Below, one piece after another: positions 39,001 to 53,100 of a stretch of 64,000 bases of DNA. Positions within the stretch are counted from its first letter, which is position 1. Every line of letters starts with the position of its first letter. Location of the stretch: contig NW_002060944.1 in the NCBI RefSeq assembly GCF_000150275.1, positions 7,826,735 to 7,890,734 of the forward strand. The letters are read 5' to 3'. The position numbers and the translations under genes were made by a program. Below the pieces are notes generated by a model that worked only from the letters and a program-made list of their open reading frames with translations, was not told the origin of the DNA and did no database searches. This DNA comes from Trichoplax adhaerens (Eukaryota > Animalia > Placozoa).

Positions 39001-42000
39001 GATTGTTAATCATGCATTTTCCTATAATTTCTATACTGTAGATACCTACAAATGAATAAGATTAGAGTAATACCAGATGGAATTTTTAATCATTCAACAA
39101 GAATTAGTAAAATGTAAGTTGCTTTTTCAAATAGTACTTGTAATGTTGTTAACGAACTAATTATTAGCGTAACTAGCTAAGTATACCTATGGTGGAAATA
39201 AAATTTATTGAAATAGTTGAAAATGGATTACGATCCTAAAGCATGGCCGAAGCATTAACATTTCGCTCTCGAATATCCTTCAAGAGTGAAAATTTAAGTC
39301 TATGACATGTTGTCAATTCTAAACTTGCTGTAAATTTGTAATGGATATGTATCATATCTGAGAGAGTAACCTTTATCATATAGAATCTTTATATCGTCAC
39401 TACTAAGGCATACAATGTAATGGCTCATAGCGCCAATGTTCATCTCCATTTATGTGAATAAGTTTTATAACTTTATTCGTCCTTTAAAATTGAATGCTTC
39501 TGTGATTACAATAACTCTCTACACGTACAGTGTCGTGTTATCATGTCTTTACATGATAAGCGATAATACCTAACATTTGCGGTACTTATCAGAGAATTTA
39601 CATGTTTTCTTTGATTGGAATAGATATCTAAATGATAATCAGTTAACTAAGCTAACAAGCTCCATTTTTGCTCATTTATCAAAGCTAACTATAATGTAAG
39701 TTATAAAACGAAATATCTTTATGTAAAGTAAAAGATTGAAATAAATTTCAATCGTAGGGGACGTTACAAATATTTAACGTTCAAATTAAAATTCGAAACA
39801 ATTTTATGTTTATATAGTGATTTATATAATAATCGAATTGCATATATCCAAGACGGAGCTTTTCGGGGCTTAGCGAAGTTAAAATATTTGTGAGTTGTCA
39901 TAAAATGTCACAATTTCATCTTGCTAACTAATAATTACTCGTCCAGCTTCTAACGAAATCGAATAATATTATTAATAGCTATTCGTTAGTACATATTATT
40001 CATTATATTACCTTATCATGATTTAAAGATAAGTATTTAAATCAAGTCGGACCTTTATTTCTCTGGTCACAATTTAGGTTATTGGACAGAAACAATATCA
40101 AAAGTATTGATATGAAAATCTTTACTGGTCTAACCGGCCTTAGACAGTTGTATGATTTGTTCTAAATAGTAATAACTGTTTAGCAATATGTTATCAATGC
40201 TTATATTTATTGAAAGTCAACCAGAATTGTTTTAGCAGCAAAAGCTATGCTACATATGAATGCTATATTTTTAAATTTTTCGTTACTTTATTTACCTATT
40301 GCTAGATGTATTATTAATACATGCTTAGACAGAAGAATTCCACGTAGCATAGACAGATAGTTTAATTCTTAGGAATCAGCATAACAGACACATATCAAAG
40401 ATTAATAATATAATTTTAATTTTATAGCTTAAAAATAATTTAATAATGATTTCATTATCGAATGTCATTCTGGGGAAATTATATTGTTAGACCGTCGCAT
40501 TTCGAATGTAGAACACTGTTTTCATTTCTTATACGTTTATATTTGATCTCTATAAATTTTACATTCACCGTAATTAACAGATTTTAAAGTAAATATGTGT
40601 GTTTCAAAGTAGAATATTGCCCTAATTAATTGGCTCTTTTATTTTGAAATTCAGGAAGTTATCCTCTAATCGAATCCTTAAATTGGTTAATAGAACTTTT
40701 TCCACGTTCATTTCACTAGTAAAACTGTAAGTTTATTGTACGGATAAATCTAAATAATATCATAGAATAATATCTAACAAAAATATTGCTTTAAAATTGT
40801 AAAGATATATGTGATATTAGATTAAAAACTCGAACTATTGTCAATCAGCTATTGAGCATCATTTTATATTAACAGTGAATTATCCAGCAATCTCATTGAA
40901 GTTATTGAACGTAATGCATTTACTGGCTTGATTAATATTGAAACTATGTAAGATTTTATATGATTTAGCTTTTAAAAAGATGTTCGTTCATTTCAGTTTA
41001 AACAAAAAATTTTCAATCACAGAAATAATTAAATTTCTTGATTAAATACAAATGTATTGAGAACATTACCTCACAATATGATTCATGATAGAGATCTGTC
41101 AAGTAATAATGTTAACAAGATTGAAAGTCAAACTTTTTCCAATTTATCCAAATTAAAGACATTGTAAGTATATCTATATTACAATCACAGTTATCATTTT
41201 CTCGATTCAATATTTCCTTTGCTATTGCGAAGTGAATATTAAATTGTATCGTTAGACAGAAAAATTACTGATCGAGCTACATATATGTATCTTAGTCTAT
41301 CATAAGATAAATTCGCCTTTGCAATTATATTTTCGGCCTTAACTTAACTCTTTATGAAATTTTTTGCAAGCAGAAAGATAGGCAAGATATTGACGCTTAG
41401 CTGTTTTACGAGTACTTATTTCATACAATCTTAATAAAATTTGGCGGCATTCTTTACTGTGCTATATTCCTTTCAGAGTTAATAAGCTAGATACTTAGAG
41501 CATGAGTATATGACAGCAGTACCAAGGATTTACCAATCAGTTTTTAGGATCGTTCGCCTCGAGGAAGGCGCACTGTTAGCATCTTGATCAGCAGGTCTAA
41601 ATTATTAAAATAAATTTACAAGTATTTCTAGAACCAAATCGTTTAATCTATAAAAAGCATGATAAGAGTTTGTTTACGAAAGGTTATTTTGTGGCTTTCA
41701 TATTTTTGAATTAAACGATGCATCCGTTCGGTACTGATTAAAACCGTGTTGAATCTCTAATCTTAGCGTAATACTTGAAAGATTCTTAGATAATAATGCC
41801 ATCGACAATATTGCAGTTGGAGCATTTAAGGGATTAATTAGATTAAGAGAATTGTAAGCTCTTAAGATTTTGAAGTATTTTCGTCTTATATTTCGAGATA
41901 TGTCTTTTTGTAAATTAATATGTACATTGAAATTTAGATGGCTGCAGGGAAATAATTTGGCATTTATTAATAGTGGTATGCTGTCATATTTAAGCAATTT

Positions 42001-45000
42001 ACAAATCTTGTAAGTATTATTAGAATAATCATTTTCTTAAGTCAAAATTAAATGAAATTAGATATAAATGAGATTAGATATAAATGAGATTGGATAGATA
42101 TTTTCATTCGTATTAGTGTCTATTTCCGTTTGTTACTCAAATTCTTAAAAGATATGTATTAGTTATACGAACATTTATTAACGGTACTTAATATTTACGA
42201 GAATATAGACTGCAATAATGATGAGCTGTTTAAGATTAAATTAGTTATTTATAAGTAATTTATTCCTAATTTGCTAATTTAGGCAATTATCTGACAATCA
42301 AATAAGCTATCTGGATAATGACAGCTTAAGTTCCCTAATTAATCTTGATATGTTGTAAGTATTAAATTGTTACATTTTATTTGTGGGATACTTAATATCG
42401 AGCGATTGCATTTAAAACTAATACGAGATATAAAGTTTATTGTCTTAACTATCGAATAGAATTCAAGTTTAATAGGTATATATTTATTGCTTAGAAATTT
42501 GGCGAATAACAGACTTACTAATCTCTCCTCCGCTGCAATGAATGGTTTAATTGCTCTAAGTACCTTGTAAGTATTATAAAAATATTTACTGGCAATGTAA
42601 TAATTGTTGAGTAACTTTGCTATTGCTTACAGTTAGCAGCATAATTTATTCTGTAACATCATTCCTTTGATACTGCTAATTTGATAAGGTACCAATCTTC
42701 TCTCACTTTAATTTCCATTAAAATGTGATATAATAACTAGGTATTTGGACGAAAATAGGCTAAAACAATCTAACTTTATTCAAAATTTACATTTACCAAA
42801 ATTACGTCAATTGTAAGCGCGTACTTAGCTGTACGAAAATCAAAATATCTAAATTGAAATTATCGTACAAGTACTGGAGTTAAAGGTTTACAATATTCTA
42901 TTACTTTTGAAAGGTATTTAAGAAATAATGAGATTAGAATCTCGGGACAAATTGTGATAGACAAATTATATCAGTTAGAGATGATGTAAGTGTTAATAAA
43001 TAAATGATGCTAAAGTATATTTGTTTTATTCTTTCTTATTACATCAAAGTATAATGTCAACTGACAGGTATTACAGATATGTCTTAAAGTTTATTACAAA
43101 AGTCAACAACTAATTTTAATCTCATTTCCTCATATTTAGTGCATTAGATGGGAACTTAATATCCAGTTATGATAGTATATTATCATCTCAAAATAGTATC
43201 ATTAAAAACATGTAGGTTAAGATAGAATTACATCTGCTACTTTTAATTTAAATCTAAGCCTTAATGATACTTATAATTCTGTTCTACTATAGCCCTAAAC
43301 AAGAAATAACAGGCTTTAATTATGCTGGAATATAGAACTTTGTTATTTAATGTCTTCTGCTTTTACAATATTAGATCGTTATCCAGGAGTAAGATTAGCA
43401 ATCACTACCGTCAGCCGATGAATATTTCCTTGAAATGTCATGAGCTGTATGAATTCCATACTTAAATATTGAAAAAATTTAATATATTTAACTTAAGTTT
43501 TCTGTTTTACTTCTAATATACTGTATATGTAATTGATGTATCGCTTTAAAGAAGTGTATTTGAAGTTTGTTTGGATGATATATTACCTAATCGTAGTGAT
43601 GCACCCATACTTGATTAAGTTGATCACTATATTTGATATAACTGAATTAAAATTATTAGATGTTATCGTGTTGCTAATATTAGAAATAATCCTAGTTCTA
43701 AAATTAGTCATTGCTGATTTTCGATTATTTTCGAATATCTGAATATGGTTTGTGACCTATAAGAATAGATGTGCTGTAATTGTGAAGATATCCAACACCT
43801 TGCGATGTTGGACTATTAACTTAAGAGTAATCATACCTCTTAAGTAAATAGATTTCTACCGTAGAAATGTTGCTTATTTATTTGAAGAGAATAAAGAAAT
43901 TGACTATCAATCATATTAAATCTCTTTTGAGATTGGTAAACCTTATATATACGTACTGTATGTATTTTTATATTGCAGGGATTTATCATATAATTATCTT
44001 CATCATTTACCGCAATTTCATGGGCAAGATCAGATAGAAAGGCTGTAAGGCTACATTTATTGATATAAGTAAATTCTTTTTATTATTTCTAGCCAGCTAA
44101 ATTGCTGGTTCCTTGAATAGTATTTATTAATATAGCGCAGACTTTGCTTAATTATTATCATGTAATTCGTGGTCTGTAACCAGATCAACAGAAATTACGT
44201 GGTTACTTTAGTATTAGTAGATGAGCGTAGCACGGTGGAACAAGGTAGCGTAACAATCAGATTATTTTGATACAAGGATTCCATGTATTTACTTGCATAA
44301 AATTATCTTCTATAAAAGGAATTATTCTATGAATATATGAATTTAATCTGTTACTATAAAAGTAGATTTTATATTATTTTAACACACTGCTTATTTTATG
44401 TCATCTAGAAATTTATCCTATGATAGGATATCTTTGCTTTCAGCGGACCGTTTATCAAGTTTAAGTTCATTAAAATTGTTGTAAGCTTATAAATTCTCAT
44501 AGAAGCTAGGATTAACGCCATTTGTTGCACCTAAATTTAAGATAGTTTCATTTGTCAGTGATCTAAGAGGAAACAAAATAACAAATATTCCAGTTGGATT
44601 TTTTCAAAGGTTAACAAGTCAGAAATATATCACAGATATGTAAGTTGGAAAAAATACTTAAATTTAGCTGTTTGTCGAATGCCAGTGATAGGAAGAGCTA
44701 ATACATCTATCTCATATAGCAATTTATCAACGAATCGCCTTGTTTTTTTTCATGAAGATACATTAAGTTCATTAAGTGAATTAAATTACTTGTAAGTTTA
44801 ATGGAAATATTGTTAGATTCGCAGCTACGAGTATTTTAAAGAAAATAGTACGTAGGTGTTGATGATGTACTAAATATAATTTATACTTTTACTCTTTTTG
44901 ATGCTTTTCAGACAAATTGGTAGTAATCTTCTTGATTCTATCCGATTTTTGAAGAATGCTTCAAGTTTGATAAGTCTGTAAGTCAACTTTGTATCTTAAT

Positions 45001-48000
45001 GTCACGGTACGAACTACCATGAAGAAATAGCCATCTAAATTTGGTTAATATAATATAGTGATATTATATTACAACTAGTTACTTACAATAGGAATTACTC
45101 TAATTATAAATGTGTTACAGTAAATTTAATGCTGTGTTGCAATGTGCACTGAAATGATTCTGTGAATGGACATATTGTAGTCCGACTGTGAAAAATTAGT
45201 TAGTAGATGTTCTCACCTAAGTATTTTTATAAGAGGACTCATGAATGTTAGCTGCTGTAGATGGGTATATAAGCCCGTCAGATATTTGAATAAAGTAGTT
45301 CTCAATTGTCTAGTTGAGTTTAACGTAGAATCAAAGGCGTCTTAATTCTTGTGCGATAGTAAAGGGATACTGAATCCCGGAGACTATAGTAATTTAGAGA
45401 TTTATTTTACGTTATCCTTGTCACTAAGCTGGTTTGTGACACCCATCTCTCTATCTTTGAATTTTTTTAATGTGCATGATATTATAGTGCATTGCTCTAA
45501 ATTTTACTCGTAGTCAAGATACAGGGCCGTCTTTCCTAACACGCTTTTTACTTTGTCTTATACAGGACGTTAATCAATAATAATATTGATCGCCTTGACA
45601 AAATTATTCTGGACGATTTGAAAAAATTGCAAAAACTGTGAGTTAATTAATGATTCTTTCACTTAACAACTTTAATAAATAGCCATATATTTTATATTGA
45701 TAAAGAATGGTGATTTATAGAATTTACTATAGTTTGCACAGCATTTGTTTAGTTTTCATAAATCTCCAGCATTATGATTTCTTTGCGATACATTTTAGAT
45801 AAATAAATAAAAATAAACTAATCCATCGATAATTTCACCTTAAAGATCTGTGCAACAAAACTTTATAACAAAATTAGAATCTGGCTTATTCAAATCGCTG
45901 AGAAACCTTACTAATCTGTAAGTTTGAAAGATCTTCTATACTTGCTACGTTATTTTTGGTCATCAAATCTAGTTTATTTTTGTCTTAATAAAATACTGCT
46001 GGAATTACTTTCGCACCCATTTTTTTGGACCATGCTATTCCTTAAATCTTAAATTATTTATTTCTATGGATCTTACTGCCAGTAATTGAGCTATAACTAC
46101 TCATCAGAGATTGTTATCAGCAAGTATTAACGTGAATATTTTGTGTTCTGTGCATTTAGCATTTTAAATCTATTTAATTTACCCAATATGCTAATTTCAG
46201 CAAGATATTTTTCGGGTATGAATAGCTTAATATGTTGTAGCTTAGCCCATTTCTTGGTCTGCGATATTGATTTTAAGGAAGTACTAATCCTGTATAAATA
46301 ATGTAGTGTCTTGAAAAGTCATGCATATAATTTATGATTCGTGAGCACTATTTAAGTTCAAGCTAGTATCATTCCATTCATTTTTATTCAATTTATTGTG
46401 CCATCCTGAGACTTTTATATATTTCTCTTTTGTGGCACCAACTATCACAGATATAAAAAATTTGGACATTTTTCATTATTCTAGATACGAAATCTATAGT
46501 TATGATTGTAATCGTAAGATAATTTTGATATCAATGGATCTTTTAGTTGGATTGTTCCCTTAATAGAATAATGTAGGCCATACTAAAATCATTTTGATAT
46601 AGATTTTGCGTTATTTATTGTAATTCTTGCATAATAGAGATCTCTCATCAAATAAGATCAACATCATCGAAGAGAATGCTTTTGACGGACTAGATCAACT
46701 TCAACGCCTGTAATTGTCTTGCTTATACATGATCTAGATATATACCATAAAATGTTTAAAATTTCGCTTTCCAAAGTATCTAACAATTTACTGTAATAGA
46801 CAATAGTATTTAGACTCTACTTTTCTGTCTAGTCTAATCAGTCTTCTTATTTCTATTTTAAAGATACCTGGACCATAATCAAATATCGGACTTGACATTT
46901 CTACGTTCTATTAGTTTAAGAAATTTACAGTTAATGTTAGCAATGATCTAGGTCAATCGTCCGTTATAGCTGGAGTAAATTGATTTTTTCACTCGCAGAT
47001 CGCTAAGGGAAAATCAGATAAATGAATTACATGGCCGAGATTTTAAGACTGTTCTTAGTTTAACGGCAATGTAAGTTTATCGACCAGTCGATGGTAACCT
47101 TGTTTCGCGTTTTTCAATCCTAGATTTACTTTATTATAAAATTTTTTACTTTATTTATCTTTATAGCTATTTGGATTATAACAATATTTCAAGCTTAATG
47201 GATACAATTTTTAATCAGCTTTACAAACTTCAAACTTTGTAAGTGACGGTATTAGTTAGAGTATAGGTCTCTCATTTTATTTGTGTCTTATTCCACTCTT
47301 ATATTTAATTTATTTTTGTCTAAACTATTTTTTCCTTATTTCTAAATTAGCTCCATAACCCACAATAGAGTAAAATCATTAATCTGCAATCGTTATTATC
47401 ATCAAATACGTCGAATTTCTCTAAAGGCTATGTAAAAATGACATAAATATATTTTTGTGATAATATGTTAAAGGACTATGTAGATTGGCAATAAATTTCT
47501 CCATTTTATTAACATTTTGCGGGCATACCATTTTTTCTGGTTAAGGTACCTGACATATAATGATATTACATTCATATCAGACCAATGCTATTCACTTTTT
47601 GAAAATCTGTTGGGTTCGCTGTAAGTTTCATGGGCTTACATGTATAAAATGATGTTGCATATTTAATTTTCAGAAGAATGAATTATCTAAAAATATTTCA
47701 CATTTGTGCTACGATTAATATCTTAGTGGTTCATATCTATAATTTGTTATTTTAAAGCATATTTTCTAAATTCCAGGGATATTGGATTTAACAATCTGGC
47801 TCAAAATATTCCTGAATTCGCCTATCGCATATTCCGCCGCGATTTACAACTGACTCGGCTGTAAGATTAAACCTATTTTCCTGTTAATTTAAAAATGGTT
47901 TATGTCATGAACTTGTTTATGAAATTATTACGGTATAACTTTTCTGTAGCAACTTGTACATGGTTATGATATGATAACTTATGCAATATTATAGTTATAA

Positions 48001-51000
48001 CGGTTTATCCATGACGTTACATAATTTCTATACTGTAATGTAAGATCGTATGATAAGCAAAGGTTAGAGAGGACAGGCCTGACAGCAGGCTCATAGCGTG
48101 CTTAATTTTCTCCTTTCAAATCTCGATTTTGTAATATGGATATTGGAGATATATCGTTGATTCAATCTTAAAATTAAATATTTTATTGATTTAATTCCCT
48201 CTTAAAATTAGATGGTATCAAAATTGATAATAATTACATTATGAAAATCTTATTTCGTAGTGGGATCAGTGGAAATGGATTTACTCACTTATGGCAGGCT
48301 TATCGTAATGGTTTTTTCAAAAAAGAGATCGGATTGTAGGCGACTCTATTTGATTGATAGATTTTTAAAATTTCTAGTTATACAAAGTCTTATTGATATC
48401 TCAATTTTTCATTCTATAATTTCTTATTTATAACTATTGATATCAATTTTGTTTTAGAGACATTAGTTATAACAATTTACCAGCAGATGAAGTAAAAAAC
48501 CTGATTGGCAACATCTTTCCTCTTTACATTTGTCGTTACTTCAGAAGGATTGGAAGAGAAAGTATATTATTATACATGTCTCGTTGCTGGTCTACGTATT
48601 TGTAAGTTATCTTTATTAGACTTTCTACAAAGAGTCACAGAATTTCTAGAATATATAATAAAATTACGGTAGCAAATACTTACGAATACACTCTCACTTA
48701 CAGAGGTTTAAGTGGTTTAAAATTACGGCAACTTCCAGGCGACGGTTTACGATCTCTAGAAGGCTATATTTATGCCTTGTAAGTAGAAATCAACAAGTGA
48801 TTGAAATAATTATATGATAGAGTAAATAATACTTGATTTAAAAAAATTTTAGCCGGTAAGATTAGGAATTACTATATATGTACTATTATATAGTGACAAA
48901 TACTTGACGACGCCTCTATATACTTTCAAATTGGTAAAAGTTACAATAAATATAGCAACATTTTACCATATTTTACATATATTCAGATTACTATTAGAAA
49001 TAACATTTTACAGAGGACTATTGGCAATCCAATTTAGAAATGCCTGCAGTATTTGCGTAGATAATGTTTCTACCATTCAGAGTATAGTAAACTAACAATA
49101 TCCTGATATATGAATTATATTTCTATTTTTGCCTCTAACTTTAATAGTAACGCGGCACTCTACTGCATGTGCTTATCTGTGCTCTAGCGTAGAATCTTGC
49201 AATACAGTTTATAGCTTTGAGCTACTAAATCTATCTTAATATAAATATAGAAAGTTACGCTATCGTATATCGTACTAAATATGGCTAATAGTTTACAATC
49301 CCAATACTAAGTTACGTTTCAAACATATATTAGAGCTATTATAAAAATCAATACAGATAAAAATATCGATGCAATTACTCATCTAAGGTGCACTTACATA
49401 ACGCTACTTTGATTTGATTATTCGACCTATGAAGCAATGCAACAGAAGTCTACCGTAGTAAAATTGCAGTTCACAGTAAACATCTATTTAAGTTCTAGAT
49501 ATCTGGCTAGAGCAACAATTTGGAATCTTTACAATCTTAAATTCTATTATAGCATAAAAAAAGCAAGCATTAATTTGTAGCAAATGCGAATTGTATAATT
49601 TAGGTATTTGAATGATAATCAACTTACGGAATTTGATGTCGAAGATATTTTTTATGGAAGTGATAATAATATGCGAGAACTATGAGTCGAAAAAAAGATT
49701 GTAATAGTTAAAATAGCGACTGTAAGCTCTACCTTTAGCTTACATGGAGCAATTAACGAGTTGGTGGCATCATTTTCTAGCTATTATTTTACGTTTAGAG
49801 TTCTATATGAATTACTGTTTTAATTGCATTATAGCCAACTCTCCGGTAATAAGTTGAAAACTATCACAAATAGGCAGAATGTTCGCTTCTTAAAATTACA
49901 GCTATTGTAAGTTTATAAAAAGGATGATAAAGACTAAATTAGGGGTAAAAACATTTTACTGCTTTAATTATTTGGCTAATAGTATTTTTGAATATTTTCC
50001 TTTATTAATAATATTTCAAGTCTGCAGCTAATATATTTTTGCATTGCAAGGCTCACGCTGAAGGGTGTAATATTGATAGCGTTTCTCATTTCACTTCAGA
50101 AATATATCTGATAACGCCATCTTAAATTTTTGCAATAATAATTGGCAGAAGTTTGCTCCGATGTTGGAAATGATGTAAAACTTGATATCGATACAATTTA
50201 ATTTCACTTTAATTTTGAAAGCTTTATTTTTGAATAATAAACCTAGTTCATTTTCTGAATACACACAGATATGATGCATTTTTGCTTTGATGCATAACTA
50301 ATTATTCTGTATTTTTTATATCCATAAGCATAGAATACGAAAAGTTTGTATTTTTCTATCTAATATATTAAATATTATATGTTGTGAATAGCTATGTTGA
50401 TCGATCAAACATCAAGGTATTAGATTCAAGGTGTTTGCAAAGGTTATCAAATCTTCGACTTCTGTAAGTGCTGGCCTAAGAATTGATTTAAATGTGAATA
50501 GATTTTTGAAATGTTAATTCTATACGGATAGATCACTGAAAGACAATCCACTGACATCAGTCGATGGACAGTCTCTTTATGGGCCTCTAAAATTGTCCAC
50601 CATGTAAGTTTAATTCTGGGTAATTGTTATAGAATTATATTAAACTATAGATATCTATTTTAATGTTACAGAATAGATCGAATCTACTTATTTTTATTGC
50701 AATTTTTACATACAATCTATTTTAATAGTGTATAAATAGATTCATTCGCCTTATTTTTGCAATTTTTATATATAATAAACCATATCTTGCAATGACCGTC
50801 AATGAAGTAGATTACAGTAAACTTGTAGATTATAAATCTATTAGTTTAGATGTCTATTTTATTATACAGTTTAAATTGGTTCTCTTTATTTTAACAGTTT
50901 TATACATATAGCAATCTCTATCTTGCTAGAGCAATAAACGTCAACGAACGAGATTCTAGTTAATTTGTAGATTACAAATCTATTGATATCGATATCTATT

Positions 51001-52798
51001 TTAATTGTACAGTTCAAATTAATTCTCATTATTTTTCCAGTTTTGCTTATATAGTAATCTCTATCTTGCTGGTGCAATGAACTTCAATAACTAGATTATA
51101 GCTAATATGTCGATTGTAAATCCATGTATTGAAACGTACAATGATCACTGCACTTACTCTTTATGATTTTGTTAGCTATCAGCATAGGACTCATTATTTG
51201 CAGTCATCCTTTAACAATTACTTAACTGCCTTAGCACTAGTTATAAGCCACTCTTAGTTATTGGAGCTAGCCTTATTTTCTTTAACAGTAAACAATATCG
51301 ATTGATTAAATACCAGATTGTTGTCGATTAATAATTCCATTGTAAGACAACAATCAGTATTTTGGATATAACAGTTAATTTTAACAAGGAAACAATAGCT
51401 ACGGAATGCACATGTAAGGTTTTTCAGTAACATGATAACTTGCACTTTTATGCAAGACTAATGGCTTTATCTGATCTATTCGAGACTATTATATTACTGC
51501 AAATAGCTTTTACATATAATTGTTGCTTACAATGCTAACTAAATCTTTTAATATTATTACTGTTGGAGTATAGCCTAACAACACGCGACTATTTTTGCTG
51601 TATGGTTCCGGCTAAAGTAACAACATGTCAACCTATAGCTATTGAATTATTATCAAGTTGTCAGCATTTATTATCTCATCTATCCCTACGACTTTATATC
51701 TGGATTGTAGGTGGCGTAGCATTTATTGGTAATATATTAGTATTCTGCTTTCATTGGAAAAATTCATGTAAGGGTCGACCGAAGCAAGTATTTCGCCTAT
51801 TGTTATTTAATTTAACTGTAGCCGATTTTTTAATGTCCATCTATTTGTTTATAATTGCGATCGCTGATCAATTTTATCATAATCATTATGGCCAATATTC
51901 AGAAAATTGGTTAAGGAGTACACCGTGTCTATTAGCCTTTTTCTTGGGTAGTTTATCGAGTATTATGTCGATCTTGATGATGCTGCTTATTAGTATTGAT
52001 CTCCACTTACGTACTGTTGATCCGATCCGTTATCAAAGTCGGAATTATAAGTATAACAGTTTTAGAACTACAATTATTCTATTCTGGTTGTCATGTCTAT
52101 TGTATGTCGGAATACCTACTATTACAAGTGCTAATGCTGCTGGTAATGATCGAGTTTATAAATATAGCAGCATTTGTATGCCAAGCAATGTAGATAATAC
52201 TTATTTTAAAACATGGATTTTAATTATTACATTTTTAACTGCTGGTATATGGCTAACAATTTGTGTATTATACTATTTAGTCTTTATAAAAGCATATCGA
52301 AGTAGTATTTCAGTACAACGTACATCAGCATCAGCAGACCGAAAATTAGCGAGAAAACTATCCATCATATTATTAACTGATTTAATTTCATGGCTGCCTT
52401 ACTATTTTATCATGTTCAAAGTCATGTGTACTAATACCATCGATATCTTTGAGCTAAAATTTGTAATCATACTTGCATTACCAATTAATTCTGCCCTAAA
52501 TCCGTTCTTGTATAGTTGTAATTATTTTACTACTCCATGTTTTTGCCGAAATGCTCAAATTGATAAACCAGTCACAGTTCGCCAACGTAGTAGATCGTCT
52601 GCTTCAGTTCGAGATACTAGCCCTAATCGAACTCTTGCTACTAATCATGGTTATTCCGGTGAAAATAGAGTCCAGAATAATTGTAATAGTTCAAAACGAA
52701 TGAATGCCTTAACAGAGTTTGGTCAATCTGAGACACGTCATAAAGTAATGACGATAAGAAGTAATGTTCAGTCGATGGCTAAAGTTTCAATCATTTAA
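33092..52798 (+). CDS. Giant LRR-containing GPCR (LGR-like) gene B, paralog of A: 49 LRR exons, ~1689 aa; one exon has a non-canonical donor
   Basis: Signal exon 33092-33155 (MEIKHIILLCWYILLCSLCNYG) and LRRNT 34278-34407. LRR exons from 34531 to 50603 are colinear one-to-one with gene A, plus an extra exon 39624-39695. Terminal hinge/7TM exon is 51574-52798 (ORF 51563-52798). Exon 49604-49681 is followed by AT instead of GT. Confidence 0.88.
33474..33915. mobile_element. Solo-LTR-like element, family 2, in gene B intron 1
   Basis: TCTTA|TGTCACAAACCAGCTTCGTGACA...CACGGTAGTTCGTACCGTGACA|TCTTA with perfect TSD; 442 bp. Confidence 0.9.
45000..45441. mobile_element. Inverted near-identical copy of 33474-33915 in a gene B intron
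   Basis: 442 bp reverse complement of 33474-33915 with about 14 substitutions by eye. Flanks CTTAA/CCCAT do not form a TSD. Confidence 0.9.
50620..51130. repeat. Degenerate tandem repeat (~140-bp unit, ~3 copies) in the last intron of gene B
   Basis: Recurring ATATAG.AATCTCTATCTTGCT..GCAAT, GTAGATTA.AAATCTATT and GATATCTATTTT..T..TACAG blocks. Boundaries approximate. Confidence 0.6.
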
Positions 52799-52899
52799 AC
52801 TTTGGGTTCATTTCTATTTTTAGTGGAATATTTCCTAACGGTTATGATATTGTTTAAAGCGCTATTTAGTAGTAAACCCCATAATTGATAAAATTGGTA

Positions 52900-53100
52900 G
52901 CTGTATTTGATTTGTTTGGTTAAAAAATGCTAGATATTATTGCCTTACTAATATCAGAAAATATTTATTGCTGTATCTAATTTGTTTATTTAAAATATCA
53001 GATTTATTATTTTGCTGATATCAGAAATATTGATTGCAGTATCTGATTTATTTGGACTACAAAATATTAGATATTATTGCGTTGCTTATATCAGATAAAA
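52900..53100. repeat. Tandem repeat (~70-bp unit, ~3 copies) 3' of gene B
   Basis: Repeated TAGATATTATTGC...ATATCAGAAA..ATTGC.GTATCT.ATTT.TTT blocks. Confidence 0.6.

Noticed and set aside
41540-41600. GC-rich hairpin CGCCTCGAGGAAGGCG in a gene B intron as an ncRNA or Helitron end
   Set aside because: No tRNA, snoRNA or ribozyme motifs, no correctly spaced CTRR, and single occurrence in the window.
42057-42096. 16-bp tandem duplication ATTAGATATAAATGAG
   Set aside because: Ordinary slippage duplication in an intron.
10189-50603. Regularly spaced ~72-nt units as a CRISPR-like or satellite array
   Set aside because: They are GT-AG spliced LRR-coding exons in a eukaryotic gene, not conserved nucleotide repeats.
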